Shown one piece after another: positions 25,347-29,201 of a stretch of 29,201 nt of DNA. The notes beneath the pieces are model-generated. The model saw nothing but the letters and a program-made list of their open reading frames with translations, searched no databases and was not told the DNA's origin. Origin of the DNA: Candidatus Eiseniibacteriota bacterium (GTDB lineage Bacteria; Eisenbacteria; RBG-16-71-46); NCBI GenBank assembly GCA_041483195.1, contig JBGPFC010000041.1, forward strand, positions 1-29,201, read 5' to 3'. Both the position numbers and the translations under genes were made by a program. Each line of letters starts with the position of its first letter. The first letter of the stretch is position 1.

Positions 25347-28184
25347 GTGTCGATGATCCACGCACCACGATGCCACGCCCGCGGGTGGCCGCGCCGTCCG
25401 CCGCTCGCCCTCGCCGCCGTCCTGCTGCTCCTGCCCGCGTGCGGAGCCTACACGCGCAACGTGCCCCCGCACGTGCAGCTCGATTTCGAGAAGTACACGC
25501 TGAAGAACGGGCTCGAGGTCATCCTGCGGCGCGACCCGCGGCTCCCGATCGCGGCGGTCAACCTCTGGTATCACGTGGGGCCGGCGAACGAGAACGCGGG
25601 GCGCACCGGGTTCGCGCACCTGTTCGAGCACATGATGTTCCAGGGCTCCGGCCACGTGCCCGGCGACCGGTACTTCCCGATCCTCGAGGGGGCCGGAGCT
25701 TCCTTCATCAACGGGACGACGGATTTCGATCGCACTAATTACATGGAGGACGTGCCGGCCGGCGAGCTCGAGAAGGCGCTCTGGCTCGAGAGCGACCGCA
25801 TGGGATTCCTGCTCGACCGGCTCGACGCGGGCATGCTCGCGAACCAGCAAGACGTGGTGCGCAACGAGCGGCGGCAGAGCGTCGAGAACGCGCCGTACGG
25901 GCTGGCCGAAGAGGCGATGGTCCACCGGCTGTTCCCGTCCGGGCATCCGTACCATGCGAACGTGATCGGCACCCACGCCGACGTCCAGGCCGCGCGGCTC
26001 GATGACGTCCGGGATTTCTTCCGGCGCTACTACTGTCCCAACAACGCGAGCCTCGCCGTCGTCGGCGACATCGACATCGCCGTCACGCGCGCCTGGATCG
26101 AGAAGTACTTCGGCGGCATTCCGCGCGGTCCCGATGTGCCGCCGCTGGCCGCCCGCACGCCTGCGCTCGAGGGCGCGCGGCGCCAGGTGGTGACCGATCG
26201 CGTCGAGCTGCCGCGCGTTTACATGGCGTGGCTCACCCCTTCCATGTTCCAACCGGGCGACGCCGAGGCGGTGGTGACCGCGCGGATCCTGGGCGAGGGC
26301 AAGACCGGCCGTCTCTACCGGAGCCTGGTCTACGACCGGAAGATCGCGCAGACCGTGAGCGTTTCGCAGCAGTCGCTGGCGCTCGCTTCCATCTTTCATG
26401 TGACGGTCACGGCGAAGCCCGGACACCGGGCGGAGGAACTCGAACAGGGCATCGAGCAGGAGCTCGCGCGGCTCGCCGCGCAGGGCCCGACCGGTCCCGA
26501 GCTCGCGGCCGCGAAGAACGGCATCTACTCGCAGATCGTCTCCAGCCTCGAGCACCTCGGCGGATTCGAGGGGGTCGCGAATCGCCTCAACCTCTACAAC
26601 CAGTATCTGCACGATCCGGGATTTCTCGAGAAGGACCTCGCGCGCTTCTCGGCGGTCTCGGTGGAGGACGTCAGGCACTTCGCGAGCGAGCAGCTCGCGG
26701 CCGCCGGCCGCGTCGTGGTATTCGCGGTGCCGGGGGAGAAGCACATTCCTCCCGAGCCCTTGACGCCGCCCGCTCCCAGACTCACGCGGTCGCGCATCGT
26801 GTCGGCCGAGGCGTGGCGCGCGGCGATGCCCGGCCCGGCCCCGGGCGCGGCCGCCGCTCTGCCCGCCGCCCGCCGCTTCGACCTTCCGAACGGGCTGCCG
26901 GTCTACCTGGTCGAATCTCACGCGCTGCCGATCGTGGCCGCGCAACTCGTATTGCGTTGCGGCAGCGCGGCCGATCCGCAGCCGCAGCCCGGGCTCGCGG
27001 GCTTCGCGGTCTCGATGCTGGACGAGGGCGCGGGCCGGCGCGATGCGTTGACGCTCGCGCGCGACCTCGAGGCGATCGGCGCGTCCCTCGAGACCGCGAC
27101 CACCACCGACGGCAGCACGGTATCGGTGCTCGCGCTGCGCGCGCAGGCCGACGTGGCCATGCAGATCATGGCGGACGTGGTGATGGCTCCCGCCTTCCCG
27201 GCCGACGAGGTCGACCGCGTGCGGAACGACCGGCTGACCTCGATCCGGCAGGAGAAGGACTCGCCATCCCGCACCGCGATCCGCGTGCTCACGCGCTGCC
27301 TGTTCGGACCGGATCATCCCTATGGTCACGTCGCGCTCGGCAACGAGGACGCGCTGCGCCGGATCCGGCGCGACGATCTCACCGGGTTCTACCGGCGCTG
27401 GTTCTCGCCCCGCGGCGCGGCGCTGGTGCTCGCGGGCGATCTCGACTCGACCGAGGCGACGGCCCTCGCGGCGCGCGCCTTCGGGACGTGGAGCGGCGCC
27501 AGCGCCGCCGCGTCGCGGCCGGGACCGGGCACGCGGATGCGCGCGAGGGTGGGCGTGGTCGACGCACCGGGAGCGCCGCAGACCGCCCTGCTCGTCGGCC
27601 AGCTGGGGGTGATGCGCTCCGATCCCGATTTCGAGCGCCTCGACGTCATGAACCGGGCGCTGGGGGGTCTGTTCTCGAGCCGCATCAACATGAACCTGCG
27701 CGAGCGGCACGGTTACTCCTACGGCGCGTTCTCGTTCCTTCCCGAGACCCGCGGAGTCGGGCCGCTGGTGGTGGGCTCGATGGTGCGCGCCGACGTCACC
27801 GGCGCGTCGCTGGTCGAGATCTTCCGCGAGGTGCGCCGCATGCGCGAGCGGCCGGTGGGAGATGACGAGCTGAGACTCGCGAGCCAGTCGATCGCGCGGT
27901 CGCTGCCCGCGATGTTCGAGACCGCAGAGCACACGGTGAGCTCGATCGGCTCGCTGTGGCTGCGTGACCTGCCGCCCGACTACTACGCGGGCCTGCCCGC
28001 GCGACTCGCCAGCATGTCGGCGGCCGACGTGTTCGCGGCCACCTCCCGGCACCTCGCCCCTGACAGCATGATCGTCATCGCGGTGGGGGATCGGAAGACG
28101 ATCGAGCCCCAGCTCCAGAGGCTCGGCCTCGGGACGATCAGCGAGCGCACGTCGAACGGGACCGAATCGCCGCCACCTCGTTAG
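25347..28184 (+). CDS. M16-family zinc metallopeptidase (PqqL-like, four-domain), exported
   Basis: YHVGPANE..GRTGFAHLFEHMMFQGS (HxxEH), NGTTDFDRTNY, LWLESDRM, VVRNERRQ; second half SRINMNLRERHGYSYG. N-terminal hydrophobic signal ending LLPAC. Start 25347 or 25353. Confidence 0.93.
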   Translation: MSMIHAPRCHARGWPRRPPLALAAVLLLLPACGAYTRNVPPHVQLDFEKYTLKNGLEVILRRDPRLPIAAVNLWYHVGPANENAGRTGFAHLFEHMMFQGSGHVPGDRYFPILEGAGASFINGTTDFDRTNYMEDVPAGELEKALWLESDRMGFLLDRLDAGMLANQQDVVRNERRQSVENAPYGLAEEAMVHRLFPSGHPYHANVIGTHADVQAARLDDVRDFFRRYYCPNNASLAVVGDIDIAVTRAWIEKYFGGIPRGPDVPPLAARTPALEGARRQVVTDRVELPRVYMAWLTPSMFQPGDAEAVVTARILGEGKTGRLYRSLVYDRKIAQTVSVSQQSLALASIFHVTVTAKPGHRAEELEQGIEQELARLAAQGPTGPELAAAKNGIYSQIVSSLEHLGGFEGVANRLNLYNQYLHDPGFLEKDLARFSAVSVEDVRHFASEQLAAAGRVVVFAVPGEKHIPPEPLTPPAPRLTRSRIVSAEAWRAAMPGPAPGAAAALPAARRFDLPNGLPVYLVESHALPIVAAQLVLRCGSAADPQPQPGLAGFAVSMLDEGAGRRDALTLARDLEAIGASLETATTTDGSTVSVLALRAQADVAMQIMADVVMAPAFPADEVDRVRNDRLTSIRQEKDSPSRTAIRVLTRCLFGPDHPYGHVALGNEDALRRIRRDDLTGFYRRWFSPRGAALVLAGDLDSTEATALAARAFGTWSGASAAASRPGPGTRMRARVGVVDAPGAPQTALLVGQLGVMRSDPDFERLDVMNRALGGLFSSRINMNLRERHGYSYGAFSFLPETRGVGPLVVGSMVRADVTGASLVEIFREVRRMRERPVGDDELRLASQSIARSLPAMFETAEHTVSSIGSLWLRDLPPDYYAGLPARLASMSAADVFAATSRHLAPDSMIVIAVGDRKTIEPQLQRLGLGTISERTSNGTESPPPR

Positions 28185-28230
28185 CCGCGGCGGATGGGGT
28201 GGGCCCGGTGCGGGAGCCGCGAAGTCCCGC

Positions 28231-28259
28231 TTGACCGCGGGGCCGCTCGTTCACATGCT
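28231..28259 (+). promoter_or_regulatory. Putative sigma70-type promoter giving a leaderless transcript
   Basis: TTGACC-N17-CATGCT, then 7 nt to the ATG at 28267. No SD. Confidence 0.5.
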
Positions 28260-28266
28260 GTTCAGC

Positions 28267-28620
28267 ATGTCGGGCCTGACCCAGTCCTCCTGCGTGCCGT
28301 GCCGGGGCGGCGTCCCGCAGCTCACCGATGCGGAGATCGCCCCGCTCGCTGCAGAGATTCCGGAGTGGACGCTGCTCGAGCTCGATGGCGTCCGGAGCAT
28401 CGAGCGCGCGTACCGCTTCAAGGACTTCCGCGACGCGATGCGATTCGCGGTCGCGGTCGGCGAGCTGGCCGAGCGCGAGCAGCACCACCCGGATCTGCAC
28501 GTCGCGTGGGGACGGGTACGGGTGCAGACCTGGACCCACAAGATTCGCGGGCTCCATCGCAACGACTTCGTGCTGGCCGCGAAGGTGGACGCGCTCTACG
28601 GCGGAGGCTCCACGGCCTGA
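28267..28620 (+). CDS. phhB: Pterin-4-alpha-carbinolamine dehydratase
   Basis: CVPCRGG, YRFKDF, AEREQHHPDL, WTHKIRGLHRNDFVLAAKVD. Confidence 0.93.
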   Translation: MSGLTQSSCVPCRGGVPQLTDAEIAPLAAEIPEWTLLELDGVRSIERAYRFKDFRDAMRFAVAVGELAEREQHHPDLHVAWGRVRVQTWTHKIRGLHRNDFVLAAKVDALYGGGSTA

Positions 28621-28683
28621 CCCCCGGCTGCGCCGCGCGGCGGATGGGGCGGAACGCACGCCCCGCGGCGCGCGCTGAAACGC

Positions 28684-28714
28684 CGTCGCCCCGCTCGCGC
28701 GAGCGGGGGCGACG
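28684..28714. terminator. Hairpin between convergent phhB and pyrophosphatase gene
   Basis: CGTCGCCCCGCTC-GCGC-GAGCGGGGGCGACG (13 bp, one bulge). Short T-tract follows on the minus strand. Confidence 0.55.
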
Positions 28715-28742
28715 TGCTGAGGACCGCGACACGAATCGCGAA

Positions 28743-29201
28743 TCAGTGAGCGGCCGCCTTCACCGCTTCGCCTTCGGCCCGCGAGGCGATGCGCATCTCG
28801 TAGAAGGAGCGGTACACGAACACCAGCGCGATCAGGAACAGCACGATGCCGATCGGCCGCGCGATCGCCTGGTTCGCGACCCCCATCTCGACCGCCAGCA
28901 ACCCGAACAGCGTCGTGAACTTGATGATCGGGTTGAGCGCCACCGAGGACGTGTCTTTGTACGGATCGCCCACCGTGTCGCCGATCACGGTCGCGTCGTG
29001 GAGGGCGGTGCCCTTCTCGTGCAGCTCGACCTCGACCACCTTCTTGGCGTTGTCCCACGCGCCGCCCGCGTTCGCCATGTACACCGCCTGGAACAGGCCG
29101 ACGACGGCGATCGAGACCAGGTAGGCGACGAAGAAGATGGGATCGAAGAACGCATAGGCCAGCGTCAGGCAGAAGATCACGATGAAGATGTTGAACATGC
29201 C
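28743..29201 (-). CDS. hppA: Membrane-bound H+/Na+-translocating pyrophosphatase, C-terminal part (5' end beyond window)
   Basis: MANAGGAWDNAKK, GDTVGDPYKDTS, LNPIIK, flanking TM helices. Confidence 0.93.
   Translation of the reverse strand, partial: GMFNIFIVIFCLTLAYAFFDPIFFVAYLVSIAVVGLFQAVYMANAGGAWDNAKKVVEVELHEKGTALHDATVIGDTVGDPYKDTSSVALNPIIKFTTLFGLLAVEMGVANQAIARPIGIVLFLIALVFVYRSFYEMRIASRAEGEAVKAAAH

Noticed and set aside
24519..28052. 1177-aa minus-strand ORF
   Set aside because: Antisense to the aminotransferase and M16 peptidase, Arg/Ala/Gly-rich, no domain signature.
1..29201. CRISPR arrays, tRNA/rRNA, IS elements, integrases
   Set aside because: No regularly spaced repeats, RNA-gene signatures or transposase/integrase motifs were seen by inspection, and intergenic gaps are short.

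Overview
High-GC bacterial chromosomal window from a diderm (LPS-making) organism. Gene content and C-terminal protein motifs suggest an FCB-associated candidate phylum such as Ca. Eisenbacteria or Latescibacterota (inference only). Bases 1-17378 form a tightly coupled plus-strand run: pyrG (partial), kdsA, kdsC, kdsD, a DUF488 gene, lptC, lptB (no lptA between them), rpoN, hpf, hprK, a complete mannose-class PTS (EIIA, EIIB, EIIC, EIID, HPr, EI) with a GH57 alpha-glucanotransferase/amylase gene inserted between EIIB and EIIC, bifunctional PGI/PMI and metK. A ~4 kb accessory block separates metK from ahcY. It holds two paralogous secreted proteins, an NAD-dependent epimerase and a vapBC pair whose PIN toxin appears to have lost catalytic residues. 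After ahcY come a DUF1207-like outer-membrane protein, a PLP aminotransferase, an M16 peptidase, a pterin carbinolamine dehydratase and the 3' end of a membrane pyrophosphatase. The main observation is that the two paralogues share one passenger domain but end differently: a short 'TTWGRIQALYR' tail versus a ~100-aa FlgD-Ig/T9SS-CTD-like domain. This suggests the short tail is an interchangeable, uncharacterised sorting signal. Other points are abutting sigma54 and sigma70 motifs upstream of lptC-lptB-rpoN and several apparently leaderless genes. No rRNA, tRNA, CRISPR array or transposase was seen.
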